Assembly: GCA_951406725.2 (NCBI GenBank) | Contig: OX597831.1 | Span: forward strand, 50,096,001 to 50,160,000 | Source: Octopus vulgaris | Taxonomy: Eukaryota | Direction of reading: 5' to 3' | DNA length: 64,000 nucleotides | Part shown: positions 14,166 through 28,889 of the stretch, piece after piece | Numbering within the stretch: the first letter of the stretch is position 1 | How the letters are laid out: every line of letters begins with the position of its first letter | Notes under the pieces: model-generated | Told to the model about the DNA's origin: nothing | Seen by the model: the letters and a program-made list of their open reading frames with translations, nothing else | Database searches by the model: none | Program-made: the position numbers and the translations under genes

Positions 14166-14389
14166 TTTCATTATTATGATTATTATCATCACTGATATCA
14201 CTGATATTATTGTTTTTATGTGTTGTAGCAACAGCGGTTGCAGCAGCAGCAACAGTAGCGTGGGTGGGGTTAGTGGTAAAGGTGGTAGTTGCGCCTCAAA
14301 TACATGTACTACCATAATAATAGTAGTTGTAGTGTTAATTTAGTTTTAGTAGTATTTAGTATTAGCAGGTGCAGCATATTCTTCTTCTT

Positions 14390-14459
<70 letters not shown>

Positions 14460-16218
14460 ATTATTATTATTATCACCATCACCGCCACCACCTTTATTTT
14501 AGGGAAAAGTTACGTAGGAGTTAGGTGAATAGATCATATCTTACAGGTCTATATTTAGAGTCGGCAGAAGGTGGGAAGATTATTATTAATAATTATTATT
14601 ATTATTACTATTATTGTTATCATCATCATTATCATCATCATCACTTTTAGGTCAGTTACCTGTCAGGATTATTAAAACACTGAGTAAGTTCGTTGTGCCT
14701 TTCGAGACCGATAAAATAAATTGACAGTTATTTACTGTGTTTGATAGTATTGACTTTTCCATACCTCAAGATTACCAGGCCGGTGCCTTCGATCGCAGAG
14801 AATTATAAAATAATAAACTTTTATTCATTGTTACCTTTTTCAAGAAAATGATTAACTCAGTTGTCGAGCAGCATTATAATTCGAAGAAAATGTTGAAAAA
14901 TTAATTTATTTTAATAGTTGGAAGATATAAATGTTGAACAAAATATACGGATTCTGGATATTAAAGTACTCCAGGGGGAAATGTTTGAAAATTGCAACAC
15001 ACTGAATGTAACTATCTAAATGTAATTTCAGAAATATTTGATATATACATTGAAAAAATATATCAGAGACACGAAATATATAGATATTTTCCTGTATCAT
15101 AACTCTCCATTTGGAACTTAGCATAGTTAAAGTATGATGAGCAGGCAATTTTTTCTCTTGTGAGGGCGATCTAGTGATATAAGAAATAAATCATATATCA
15201 GACGCCATAATTTTTTCAAACAGTACATATACAAAATAGATACGAATTCTTACAAATTACATTTAGGAAAGGCTTGAATAAATAAATGAGAAAAAATAGA
15301 AAAGAAATGAAAAGTGGATTGAATAGTGATGTTCCATACGCCCTAGAGAAAGGAGTAGGAGTAGAAGTAAAAATATGGAAAATAAATAATAATGGAAAAT
15401 TGCATACATCGAAGACAGAACAGCATTTTATATAGCTCAAATATTCTCCACGCAAAGATAATCCATTGTAGCTTACAATTAAGCGTAAAATTTGTAGTAA
15501 ACATGTTCAAAATTTCAGCAGTGAAGTAAAAATACAATCTATAGCTAATTCGATGTAGAACATCAATGAAAGTAATGGGTCCTCAGAATAGTTATTAGTT
15601 GAAAACAATAAAATATCTTGCACAAATGTCAATACCGAATAATTAAAACGTCATTAACAAAAGAAACTAAAGTAATGAAAGGTTCAAACAAAATCTAATA
15701 AATTTGTTACCATAGAAACATCATAAATTTTAATACAAAATAACGGGCTGTACAGTATTGACAGTATTTAAAAGCTATGATAAAAACAAGCGTAAGATGT
15801 CGAGCGTTTAAATTTACCACATTTTACCAAAATAAGAATTAATAACACGAGTGCACGAACAATACATTAGAAATGCCATGAAACATGCCAGTAAAAACTA
15901 GTTTCCAGAAATTTCTAATGGAGAATCGCATGAAAATATGGTTCGCATCAACACCGGTTGGAAAATAATGACGCAAAAATATATTCAAAATATCGGTTGT
16001 CTGGTTTATGTAGAGGGTAGAATATGTTTCGGTAAACTCCAAACAACCAAGACAGTCAAAAGCCGTACTTATACAAAGACCAAGACACATTGGAGATGTA
16101 CTACGGCCGGCAGCAGCTGTTAGCTACCAGTGAAATTCGAGGTGTTACTTTTAGTTCACTGGTAGTGAACAGCTGGTACCGTAGCACATCTCTGCCGTTA
16201 GAATCTGTGCAAATACAA

Positions 16219-16279
<61 letters not shown>

Positions 16280-16280
16280 T

Positions 16281-16330
<50 letters not shown>

Positions 16331-16331
<1 letters not shown>

Positions 16332-16775
16332 TGCCCTGATGCAGTACGAGACAGTGCTTGTCAGTTGTTTGACATTAACCAGTTGGCCATGTCCTTTAGT
16401 GGCCGACGATATGTGCATCTCTGATCATGAGCAGAAGTAGTGGGGGAGCATCATAGCCGTGTTTTGAATGGAATTCTTGGAGGTTTGGATAATTCACCTT
16501 TGGAAACATGGGTGTTTTATTCAGCATCCTTAAACAACCCTTATTCAAGGACCTTTTGACTGTGAAGGGCTACTCGATCTGAAGAAAATTCTAACTGGAT
16601 CCCACCTGAAAGGTCATGCGCTGTTTATCTTGATATGAGATCACCATGTCGCGCACATATTGTTGTGATGCATGTGCCTGGTGTACCTTTATCAGACGGG
16701 TAGTCATGATGGGTATACTGGGTTTCGTATATTTTATCCGTGTCACTTTGATGGCATGCACTGCTCTCTCACTCA
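16331..16775 (-). mobile_element. Non-coding interspersed repeat embedded in (AAT)n; second partial copy at 18711-18900
   Basis: Both copies share TTGAGTGAGAGAGCA..GTGACAC..CCCAGT..CCCATCATGACTACCCG. Ends abut (AAT)n. Strand is an inference. Confidence 0.75.
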
Positions 16776-16799
16776 ATAATAATAATAATAATAATAATA

Positions 16800-17800
16800 T
16801 TTTCTTTATTGGCCACAACGGCCGAACTCAAAATAAATAGGATCCATGCAAACCAAGGAGGGACAAGTGGGACATAAACAAAAATACTTGTATGCAATAA
16901 AACAGGAACAATTAACAACCAAAATTCAACAATAAAATTCCCGAAATTGAGGGAGTTCTGCCCACAGACAACAAAGGTAGCTAACACATCCTGGTCATCC
17001 GTCAACAGCCAAGGGGCATCTCAGCAGGTACTTCTCTCTTCTCAACCATTCAGCCTTACAAGCTTCTTAAAAAAATTGGGACTAGTGTGCGCTTGTCAGA
17101 AACGTTGGTCTCACTGGCTGTTATCTCATCCGACCCTATTAACCCGAGTGACCTTGCATCCAGAACGACTCCAGGTCACAAACATTTATACAATTAACTG
17201 TAATAATTGCCATTTGGCTGGAAAAGCTGAGAGGAGAAAAAAGAGCGGGGTTACTTATCCTTGAGGTGCTATTGTTGTTGTTATTAGTGGTGGTGGTGGT
17301 CGTTTCATTTGGTTGCTTTTTTCCTCTGGTGTCGTTGTTCATGTTGTTCTCGGCGTCGCGCATTGTCCCTGTTTTTCGTGTCAATGCTGTTCATTGTTGC
17401 TGCTGTTGTTGTTGTTCTGGTAATTGTTTTGTGGTGGGGGAGGTGGCATAATTCTCACTGATGTTGTTTTTGTTTTTGTTGTCTTTGTTCTCTTTCAATG
17501 TTCCTGTGATGGTTATTGCAATGTCGAAATTATAACGTTCATACTTTTCCCTTGCTGTTGTTGTTGCTATCACCGTCCTCGTTCTTCTTGTTGTTGTTAC
17601 TGTTGCTGTTGTCACTGTCTTTCACAATTTGGTTGTCTATCCTTCGAGTAGCGGGCTATTCTTTTCAGCGGAGGGATAATCTTGTCAGTTATCCTTCTTT
17701 TTAAACTAAAATTGAGGGGCGAATTTGCTAAACAAACCTCAATTTAGCTCCGAAGGGCTACAGATGGAGAAAAGTTAACCAACCCCCTTAGGTCCTGATT
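16800..17800 (-). mobile_element. Probable internally deleted Tx1/L1-like remnant
   Basis: Q/T/N-rich leader similar in character to 25160-27194, weak ORF2 C-terminal resemblance, and a 3' AATAAA followed by (ATT)n. Confidence 0.35.
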
Positions 17801-17859
17801 AGTTTATACATGAAACAAAAACAAATGTTCAATATATAACTTTGTGTAACAATGAAAAC

Positions 17860-18349
17860 GTGTCGGTGTAGAATGTGATCTACATACATGTATCTGGTAT
17901 AGCTTGTGATCTACATTAGTTCAAATGGTATAGTTTGTGACCAACACGGACTTTTTGATCTATATTTTAAATTCATCTATTTACCCGACTTCCGATTGGT
18001 TTGGTATTTTAACCCCAAAATTCTTTTATGATTTAAACACTTTTTGTCCTGAGCTCATTGAAAGAATTCGTGATGAGGGCGTGGAGGATTTAAGATCAAC
18101 TGAGCAAAATCTCTTTATAGTATTTTGAAATAATATCCTTGATGTACACAAATAGTCACAATATTCATGCTTCTAGTATGAAATAAAAATCAAAAACAAT
18201 TTGTCTTCTTTTATTTTTTAAATGTTTAAGCCATTCCTCTAATTACAATTGCATATTTATAACAACATTTTGAATGTAGATCACACGCTACTGTAGATTT
18301 AATTTACTGTAAATCACAATGGCATGTAAACCACATACTACACCAGCAC
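17860..18349. mobile_element. Non-autonomous TIR DNA element with subterminal repeats
   Basis: GTGTCGGTGTAGAATGTGATCTACAT vs ATGTAAACCACATACTACACCAGCAC. The TGTGATCTACA motif is repeated on the left and inverted on the right. Confidence 0.6.
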
Positions 18350-18578
18350 CATACTACAATCGGGAGCAGAATGACACAAGGCCAGCAACTTTGGGTAAGG
18401 GGGCAAGTCGATTTCATTGACGCCCCAGTCCATAGCCGGTACCTATTTTGCCGACCCCAAAAGGATGAAAGGCAAAGTCGACTCTGGCAGAATCTGAGCT
18501 CAGATCATGAAGTCGGACAAAATGCCGCAACGAATTTCGTCTGGCGTGTCATTGATTATGCCAGCTCGTCGCCTTCCG

Positions 18579-18640
<62 letters not shown>

Positions 18641-19155
18641 AAACAACAACAATAATAATAACAATAATCATTTCTATTATAGGCACAAGGCCTGGAATTT
18701 GATGGATAAGCCTAACTGGCTACCACCTGAAAGATCATGCGCTGTTTATTTTGAAACGAGATCACCATGTCTCACACAAATGTATGTGATGCAAGTGCCT
18801 GGTGTACCCTTACCAGGCGGGTAGTCATGATGGGTACACTGGGCTTCGTATAATTGTACCCCAGTGTCACTTTGATTGAATGTAATGCTCTCTCACTCAA
18901 TAATAATAATAATAATAATAATATTAATAATAATATTGAGAAGAGCATTGTCGATGTGAGAACTATTACTACCCATGTATTTTAATTTAACTTTAAAAAA
19001 ATAAAATAAAATAAAAATGAATGAACTAGTGAGTTTAGTTTAATGGTCTACCAATGTGTACTATGAGTTACTTTGCCCTAGGAGTCGGGAAGACACTCGG
19101 CAAGAAATGGAAGCAAATTTGAAAGAAGAAGAAAAAAAAGATAACAATAATAATA

Positions 19156-19231
<76 letters not shown>

Positions 19232-20264
19232 TGATGATGATATTCTGAAAATTCTTCTTCCAAATCGATCCAAACAAATACAAAACGATATATACAAATA
19301 CAATGAGGAATATGGTCCATGTCTGCACTAATTACTAAAAATAGCGACCAAGTCGCAAATTAAAGTATTGTTATTTTTGAAAAGCTCTACGATACACCAG
19401 TTCAACTATTATTTGAAAGACTGTTGAATAAATAATGATGTAGTCGTGTACGGAACAACTTTCATTATAGCTATGCTTGATCATTGCCGATCTGAGTTTA
19501 AATTACAATAGGATCTCATTAGCTCTAAACATTATGCTAAGGTGTGTAACACTCATGATGAATGCAGAACATGTCTACTTTCTCCGCATCTGCAAGCCGG
19601 ATATTTCAATTTATGGGAATATACTATTGGTTAATGTGCGATTTATTCGATAATGTACTATTATATTGAATGTTTGAATAATAAAAGACGGTTTAATCAT
19701 AGCTGGAACGCTTTTATTCATGGGACTGCACGATCATGATTTATCCGCAGCAAATAACAATGGCAATCTCTTAACTTCTAAATACTTTCGGAGAATGGTC
19801 AACACTTGCGTTAAGAAAACATGACGTCTGTTCTTTGTGCACCCACAAACCGTATGTACTATAGGGGACATCCTTGTGATTTTAACATATCTGACTACAT
19901 GGTAAACCACTACCTCATGTCGACATAAGTAATGTCGTTCTCATAAATACTATGGCATAATAGAGTTGAAGTGATGCTTCTATAGACTAAATCTATGGTT
20001 TTGACAGACAACATATGCTTCATAGATTTGGACGATCAGGGATGATTATGTTTATGTAAAAATTAAAAGAAAAATAACAGTATACACAAATGAAGGTTTA
20101 AGTAAATATCATAATAGAAGAGGAAACTACAATTTGAATAACAGCAGATGAATATGCAGAATACATACATACAGATGCACACACATACATACGTATATAC
20201 ATATGCATAAACACACATGCATAAATACATACATACATACACACATACATGCATACATGCATAG

Positions 20265-20302
<38 letters not shown>

Positions 20303-20599
20303 ACCCACACACATGCGCATAAACAAACAAAAAGGAACGCTGTGTAAATGACGGACAGAGTCAAGACTATTGAAAAGGTTGCAAGACGCAATGAAAATTT
20401 TAGGAAAATAAAAATAAGAAATAAGTGGAAATTTTACCGGTGAGTGTGTTAAATTATAAGGCACAAAAATAAATTGACTTTTCCCAGACACAACAGAATA
20501 TGCTTCAACACACGAACTCATATAAAGAATCTCACAAACCAAATCCTAAAACGAAATAAAATGAACAAATACTAAAGAAAACTATTAAAGAAAACTATT

Positions 20600-23500
20600 T
20601 CTGAATCTTCAAGTTACCCGCAAAACAACACTACAATTATATATCTGTTTAAATAATTAGAATTTCGAAATTGCCATTGGAGCAATACAAATTTCTAAGG
20701 AAACGGTAGCTAAAATTTAAACTACTTTTGAAGCAATAGTGAAATTTTAAATTCTGAGTGACACTATTTTGGTTTCAAATTTTGGCACAAGGTCAGCAAT
20801 TTCGAGGAGTGGGCTAAGTCGATTAGATAGACCTCAGCACTCAACTGGAACTAACCATTTGACCCTGCGCGCTAATGATTCTGCGAGTGGCCGCCTTTCT
20901 GAGTGACACAGTATTGGTTTTAGATTTTGGCTCAATGCCAGCAATTTCGGAGGAAGGGATAAATCAATTACATCGATCTTAATGCTCCACTGGTACCTAT
21001 TTTATCGATCTGGAAACGATAAAAGGGGAAAATCGACCTCGGCGGCATTTGAACTCAGAACCTAAAGACGGACGAAATGCTGCTAAGAACCCTAACGATT
21101 CGGCCAGCTCACTGCCCTTCTAAGTGACACAATATTAACATTGCAAATTAGCAGTGAGGCAAATTACAAATTGCCATTCAAAGAATAGTAAAGCTACAAT
21201 CTGACAGCGAAGCAGCAATATAAATACAAGTCGCCAGTACAAGTTACACACTGCCATTGAAATTATGATTAATACAATGTTACATTGAGTGCTATACTGC
21301 CATGGGAGCAACAACAAAAACAAAATTGCTATTGTAAAAACCAAAAATTTCAAATTTTTATGGAAGCAACAGGAAAGTTATATATTGCATATCATATCTA
21401 AATAATTGTAAATTAACAGTAAAAATAGTAAAATTACAGATTTCGATCAAACAAAAGATTTACAGACTTCCTTCGAAACAATAGGAAGATGTACAAATTT
21501 CCATTAATGAGATCGTAAAATCACATATTTTTTTCAGTCATAAGTCATAAAAAAACGCCTCCGACACTGATGAGAGTGAAGAAGAGAGAAAAGCATCCTT
21601 TAACAGGAAAACTGGCTCCATGCTTGCAATATAGTATGAGACTCTGCTAAAGTGCATGTGGATGATGTTGAATTTGTCTCTGGTCTAGGTTTATAATGCA
21701 AGTAGAATACGGCAAGAGTTGAACTTTATAACACTAAACGCCAGAATAAGTACATCATGACATCTAGTCTGGCACGCTAACAATTCTACTATCCCATCCA
21801 TCACAGCAGATAAATCCTATATTTAGTAACCTAAGAAAGATGAAGTCAAGAATTGATCACATGATTGCAGTAGTATTTGAACTCAGAGAGAAAAGAAGCC
21901 CACCCCTCTCCAAATAAATGTAAGGCAACTGGTCAACCTTCTTAGTGGAACGTGAATCCACCACTTGCATTTTTTATTGACTTTGAAAGTATGATGTATA
22001 GAAAATTGTCTACGGCGAGTTATCAACTTGGAGCGCAGGAGATAGAAAGAAACAGCGAGTAATTTTCGTCTGACGTTCTATCGGTTCTTCCAATTTAACC
22101 TGCTCTGTCACTACTGAAAATATTAAAAGTTGTGATAACTTACTAGACTAAGAATTGTATAACTGTTACTGAATCAGTATCAATGCAATGCAAAATATCA
22201 TAAGTTTGTATTGAGATTATAGAACAACTGTTATTTATAACAGAAGCTATTTCTACTTCAAATTGACAGTTAAAGCCGTAGGAAAATTAAATAGGACTAG
22301 AAATAATTATCTTTATTATAGAAACAACGCCATATGTTTTGGGGAAAGGGACTAATCAATTACATCAACCGCAGTTCTTATTTGGTACTTATTTTATCAG
22401 ACCCGTAAGGATGAAAAGCAAAGTCGAATTTGAAGTGGGAAGGTAACGTCGAAAAAATGTCACTAAGCAATTTCTCCGGTGCGTTACCAATTGTCAACTC
22501 ACCTCTTTTGGTCTTGAGGTTATAGACACAAAGCGTGAAATTTCGGAGGAGGGACTGGGTGATTACATCAACCCCACTGCTCAACTCGTACTTATTTCAT
22601 CGACCCAGAAAGGATGAAAAGCAAAGTCGGACCTAGCAGAATTTATACTCAGAACGTGAAAACGGACGAAATACCGTTTAGCATTTTGTCCGGCGCAGTA
22701 ACGAGTTTGTCAGCATGCTGCCTTAGGACTTAAAGTAATATAATGAATGTCAAGCAATCACGGAATAAATAGTAAAATTAAAATTGCCATTGCAACTTCC
22801 AGTGAAACAATCTCTATATTACAATCTTTATATTACAAATTACTACTAATAGCCATAGTTCATATTATCTTGCAAGTAATAATCATGTCAAAATTGCTAT
22901 AGAATTAGTAGTACAATTACAATTTACCATTAAATCTATTATAAAATTATTAACTGCAAGGGAAATAATCGTCACGCCTCGAATTTGTTTTGAAGCTATA
23001 ATACAGTAATATTAAGACATCTTTATTGATCAGGAAAAAGCAATATTAAACGTATGTATTCTGTACATCTATGCACTTTGATTTCAAATTCACACTTCCG
23101 AAACCGCCTTAACTTAAACTAAAAGATATTGTCTCCTCTATGGTAGCTGATGACCAGGATCAGGCTACGCGTAGAAATTTGGATAGTAGCTATATTAAAC
23201 TTCAAATTAACATTGGAGTAACAGTACATTAAATCCACCGAAAACTTACGCATTCTCATTAAGTAATAGTAATTATAACAGTTATCATTGAATAGAAATT
23301 AACATTCATTTTGACGTTGAATCTAAAAAAAAATTGATAAAATGCTATTTAGACAATTGTGACATAACAGATTCTTATCGAAGCTATACAAAAAAATGCA
23401 TATCGATTTTAAAGCATGGTACACTTGGAGTAGTAGTAATTTTGAAACCTCGCGAGGTGTAAGAAATTACTCCTGAAGTGACATAGGAAATTTCCATGTC

Positions 23501-23678
23501 AGAAATAGTAAAAGTAAGATTACTAAACAGGCAAAAAGGACACATTAAGGAAAATTAGAAATTACAATTGCAAAGATATTTAATATTCAAAACCATCATT
23601 TGATTAATAGCAAATTCAAATAGTTATTGAAGCAATATTACAACTAATAAGTACCAGAAAATCAGCAGTAATTTTCAG

Positions 23679-23755
<77 letters not shown>

Positions 23756-24300
23756 GATATAAATTGTAATTGCAGCAATAACTATTTTACAAATGACGAT
23801 TGAAACTGCAGTGAAATTACAACTTACCAATGAAGCAATCTTCAACTGCTGTTGAAAGAGTAGCGCTTCTCGCAGAAATAAAATTTCCAAATGCCATCAA
23901 AAGCAATGACAGAATTGAAATCCTAATTGAAATGTAGTAAAACACACATTACCATGAAGCAATAGTCTAATTAATTACGAATTACCAGTGAGCAATAATA
24001 ATAATGATAATATTAAAACTTCAGCGATAAAACAGTCAACATTATGAATTGACATTTAGTTGATGTTAATATTATACGTTGCTTTTAACGCGATGATAGT
24101 ATTATAAATTAACATCGAAGCAAATGTGGTAATATAAATTGTCCGTGAAACAATACAAATTGCCGTTAAAGCGGTAATTATATTACAAATTGCCATTAAG
24201 GCATTAATAACGAGATTCGAATTGACATTGAAACAGTATTAAATTGCAAATTGCCTTTTAAGTGATTGTAGAATTCAAATTACGATTTGATCTCTAGTAA
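20600..24300. repeat. Highly degenerate ~30-bp tandem array (consensus near AAATTACAAATTGCCATTGAAGCAATAGTA), interrupted by SINEs and (GA)n
   Basis: AAATTGCCATT / GAAGCAATAGT variants recur at about 30-bp spacing; clearest at 21140-21520 and 23760-24290. Confidence 0.7.
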
Positions 24301-24514
24301 AGTTCTATGGCAAAGACAAAAAATATAATGACATAATAGAAATGAAACTAACAGATCATGAACGTCAGTTCTTTTAAAGGAGTTAAAATATAACCAGCTA
24401 AACTAAATGGAAATTAAAAATACAAAATGTGAAAGCTAAGCGAGTAAAAGTTTATTAATTATACCAGCAGAAAAAGTACTCTCCGGGCGGTTCTCTGTTA
24501 GTGAAAGCTGGAGT

Positions 24515-24552
<38 letters not shown>

Positions 24553-24602
24553 ATATTATAGAGACAGTGTCTGTATTTATATTACAGAGAGAGTGTGGGT
24601 AT

Positions 24603-24642
<40 letters not shown>

Positions 24643-25159
24643 ATTGCAAACAATGAACGAAATAAACATGAAATGAAAACATTGTTTAAATAAGAGCTGG
24701 TTAAAACCTTATCTTCTACCGAATATTTAAATTTGTGAACTTAAAATATGCAGTAAGAAAAGGAAGTTTAGAAAGTAAACTTTTCTGAAAATTTCAATTT
24801 ATCACATTTGCTTAGTAAATATTTCTTTCAGTAATTTATCGTAGTTGTAATACATCTGTAATTTAAGCAAACTTCAAGGTTTAGCTTGCTAGGAATAGCA
24901 GCGATCACATAGCTATTATTGCAAGGCTTATAGCGTTCCAAACAGTCGTACCAACAAAATCACTTCTCAATGTTTTTTTAATAATTAAACCGGTATATTA
25001 AAAAAAAATCATTTTATCAAAAATAGGACTCTAAGTTATACAGCTATTTTATCCAATAGCAGTCATTCATTCAATAAATAATTTTTTTCACATTACGTCT
25101 ATAGAATAAACGGGGTTTAGCAAATGGCGAATTAATACTTGAAAACTTTGAAATGGTTA

Positions 25160-27193
25160 TATATCATGTTATCATTAATGAAAATAGAGGCAAGAGAAAA
25201 TAAGGGACTGTCTCGGTGACCAACGATTTATAGAGGCTCCATGAACCGGCCGTGGAAATTTGGATTTTATGTTGCTGTATGTATGTTGCGATGTTCGAAG
25301 TATCTGTATGTGTGGTGGGGGATGTATTATCCGTGGTGGAAACAAAGTCTGTCATTTTGATGTCCGTATTTTTCTTTATGTATAATAAGTTTGTGTTGTC
25401 TGTGTTTCTGGCGGTGAGTTTTGTGGTATTTATATTTTCGTTTACTTTTTGTGTTGACCTTGTTGTGCCTTGTACTGTTGGTTGTATCTGTGGTGTTGGT
25501 AGTGGTGGTGTTGGTGAAGGTGTTGGAAACATGGCTGTTGGTGCGTTCTTGTTGTCTTCGGGTGATTTTGAATGCTTTTCTGAGATACAGCCTTTTTATT
25601 TGTTGAAGTACTGTTGTGCCGTTTTCTTAATCTTTTACGTGTGACTCCTGTCCACTTAATTCTGTCGGCCTCTCCGCACATGTCTGAATGGGTCGAAATA
25701 TGCTGATGTCTTTTGTTCCTCTGGCAAGAGCTACATTTAAGGTGTTTTTGTAGGCGCCTCTGTTGTTGGCGTTGTTGTCTCTCGTGTAGTTGGTTGTGGT
25801 GTATTTGCTGGAGCCCTCGTGCTTTCTTTTCGTGGGGTTTCTCCTCTTGTTGGAGTTGCATTTGTTGTTGGTGTTGCTTCTGTAGTTGGGGTTGCTTCAG
25901 TTGTTGTAGTGTGGGTGGTGCTTGTAACCAGGGGGTAGTACTCTCCTGTTATAGTTGTGGGTAGAAGACTTTCAGGTGGTTATTCTCTCTGGATTGATAA
26001 CTTCTTGGCCTTCTGTCCTCAACTGTGATGTTCAGCATAGTGCCATCTGGAAGGCCGAATTGGTCAGGAATTTGTATCGGTTTATTTGGACCATTATTTG
26101 CAATTCCTGACCAGTCCAGTTGTTTTTTCCTTGTTTCTTGACTTGGATGATTCTGATTTTATCTTTCAAGTCCAGGAAGACTACTGCGACAATCCAAGAA
26201 GCGTTCATTTCTGGGGCTATCTTCAGTATGTTTACCTTGGTGACGCGCCGTCCCAAGTATGTTGAAACTAGGACAAGTAAACTGTTTCTCAACTGGGCTG
26301 GTGAGTGTTGTTTTGCTACGTCTTCTGTAGCAAATCTGACTTCAATTCTGCCATATTTCTTACCACTAGACACATATGTTACGTCTTTCCAAATGGGTTG
26401 CAAGCAATTTCAACTGCTTATTTTCTGGCAGTTCCTAAACGTCTATTTTGTTAAAGATATAGTTTTGTTCACTATGGTATGCTGGTTTGCATTGTCTAAG
26501 ATATCTGGAGGTGTGTTTATCGAAACAAATCTTTCGCTTTTTCATTTTAACATGTTTCTGTAATCTTTGAGAGATTCTACAGAAACATTAAAGAATTCAT
26601 TTCCAGGCTTTGACATTGAAACAAAACCTCGGGGGTTTGATGCATTGGGTTGTTGTTGTTGTTGTTGGGTGTTCAATGTGTTAGTATTAGTAGTGGTAGT
26701 GGAGGGCTTGGATTCACAGGTGTTGCAGCGTCCTAAAGCTGAATTTCTTTGCTCTTTTTCTTCTTCTTTCCAGCGTTTCTTCTTTTTCCTGTTGTTGCCC
26801 AGCGTTGCACGTGGTAGCAAGACTTTGGTCGTCCCTTTCTCTACCTTTTAAGATGCTGAGAGGGCGGAGGCAATAAATTTTAAAACATTTTCGGCTGTTT
26901 TCAGACAGCAGAAAGGTGAAGTCAAAACGAAAGGAAGATCTGACACGCTTCCCCAAGGACATTTTGCAAATTTTAAAATTGAAAAATGAAAAAAATCAAG
27001 AATTTAAATCGAAAATTCACCCCAAAAGGGGTAAAGTCCCGCCTAACCGCTCAGCTCAGCAAGAGCTTAGTCGGCCCGGCAACATAAATGTCGTAAAAAC
27101 TTTTCGGATACAACAATATTATCTGCAAAAATTGAAAAAAATCTTACAGCTCACGAACACACATTCTTCCTCTTTGAATCCGCGAGCAGAGTC

Positions 27194-27194
<1 letters not shown>
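25160..27194 (-). mobile_element. Decayed Tx1/L1-like 5' portion (5' UTR plus ORF1-like)
   Basis: RRM-like GRIEVRFATEDVAK..TYLGRRVTKVNILKIAPE, then ITVEDRRP before a lost knuckle and a Q/T/P-rich tail. The 5' end abuts (TAA)n. Confidence 0.5.
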
Positions 27195-27273
<79 letters not shown>

Positions 27274-27328
27274 TAATAATAATACCACCACCACCACCAA
27301 CAGCAACAACGACAAAAATAACGCTAAC

Positions 27329-27390
<62 letters not shown>

Positions 27391-28312
27391 TAATAATCGT
27401 ACACATGTTTATTCTTTTTGCTATAAATATTTGCTCTCTTAATTTTTATGGTATTTATTAGCGGTATATTTTCAATGCAAATATGGACGGGAGCAACTGT
27501 ATGTGTTAGAGGAGGTTAACAGCCGAATAATAAATAACGTAAACAGTATTGCATATTCAATTTGAAGAGATCTAAAAAAATATAATGGATTAAAAGGACA
27601 CTTTCTCTCAGAAGTCAAAGTACAAAGATGCATTGAATATTCAGAAAAAAGCTGAAACTCATTTCCAGAACATCAGAAACAATTATCAATTTTATAACCA
27701 AAATAGTTATAAAGGTTATTATAAAAATAGTGTATAAAACATTAATATTATAAAATATATGATATATGAGAATTCCGCTGTGGATCTCAAATGTTCATAT
27801 ATTATTCTCTTTTGGCAGAGAAATAAAAAGAGATTAATTCAATTCAGGTGGACAAAAAGCTGCTAGGGACATAATTGTTATGTTTATTGATTTCCTGCTA
27901 CGACCAAATTGTAACCAATTTACGAGATATTATAGACTATGAGGTTGTATGTGAGCTTCATGTTAGCGTTTATAGCTTTTTTTTTTATTTAACAAAAGAG
28001 ATTTTGGTGCCATGCATATAACGAATTGTCTTCACGAGAGACAGATGCCCCCGGTTGGGAAGCTGATTACTGAAAATCTTCCTTTCTTTCTCCCCTCTCT
28101 GTTATATCTTGTGTCTTTCCCAACATGAAAGCATGCATGCGAGGCGCAGGCATGAGTGTGTAGTAAAATCTTAGATTCAGAATCAAATGGTTCTGAGTTC
28201 AGTACAACTGCCTAACAGACTAACACATTGGACAGTTGTTTTGTACTAATGCCCAGAATCGACCGATGCCTTCTGAGAGGATTTGGTTGATGAACACTGA
28301 AAGGAGCCCGTC

Positions 28313-28384
<72 letters not shown>

Positions 28385-28386
<2 letters not shown>

Positions 28387-28625
28387 AGGCGCGTGGCCTA
28401 GTGTTTCCGCATCATGATCGTAAGGTTGTGGTTTCGATTCCTGGACCGGCTGACGCGTTGTGTTCTTGAGCAAAACACTTCATTCCACGTTGCTCCAGTC
28501 CACCCAACTGGCAAACATGAATAACGTTGTGATGGACTGGCGTCCCGTCCAGCTGGAGAACACATACGCCATTGAAACCGGGAAACCGGACCCATGAGCC
28601 TGGCTAGACTTTAAAAGGGCGTATT
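28385..28625 (+). mobile_element. tRNA-derived SINE, family 3; related copies at 34765-34988 (-) and 35439-35720 (+)
   Basis: GGAGGCGC.TGGCC.AGTG A box, GGTTTCGATTCC B box, TTGAGC.AAACAC core, GAAACCGGGAAACCGG tail. Confidence 0.82.
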
Positions 28626-28633
28626 TATTATTT

Positions 28634-28689
<56 letters not shown>

Positions 28690-28889
28690 GGGTGTGTATA
28701 GAAGAATATATTACTCAAAGAAACTGCAACTTTGATTTTAACGTTTTATTTACAATCTTATAATAATATAAGATAATATAATATAATGAAATGATAGAAT
28801 GTTAAATGCCCATTCTGATTGAACTAGTACATAATTGTCACTACTACTACTATATGAACCTGAAGTTTCATGGTTTAATTAATGCATGA

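Noticed and set aside
21565-23200. CTGATGA words at about 21567 and 23147 (also about 29778 and, on the minus strand, about 63190)
   Set aside because: No pairing stems I/II or properly placed GAAA-N-UH.
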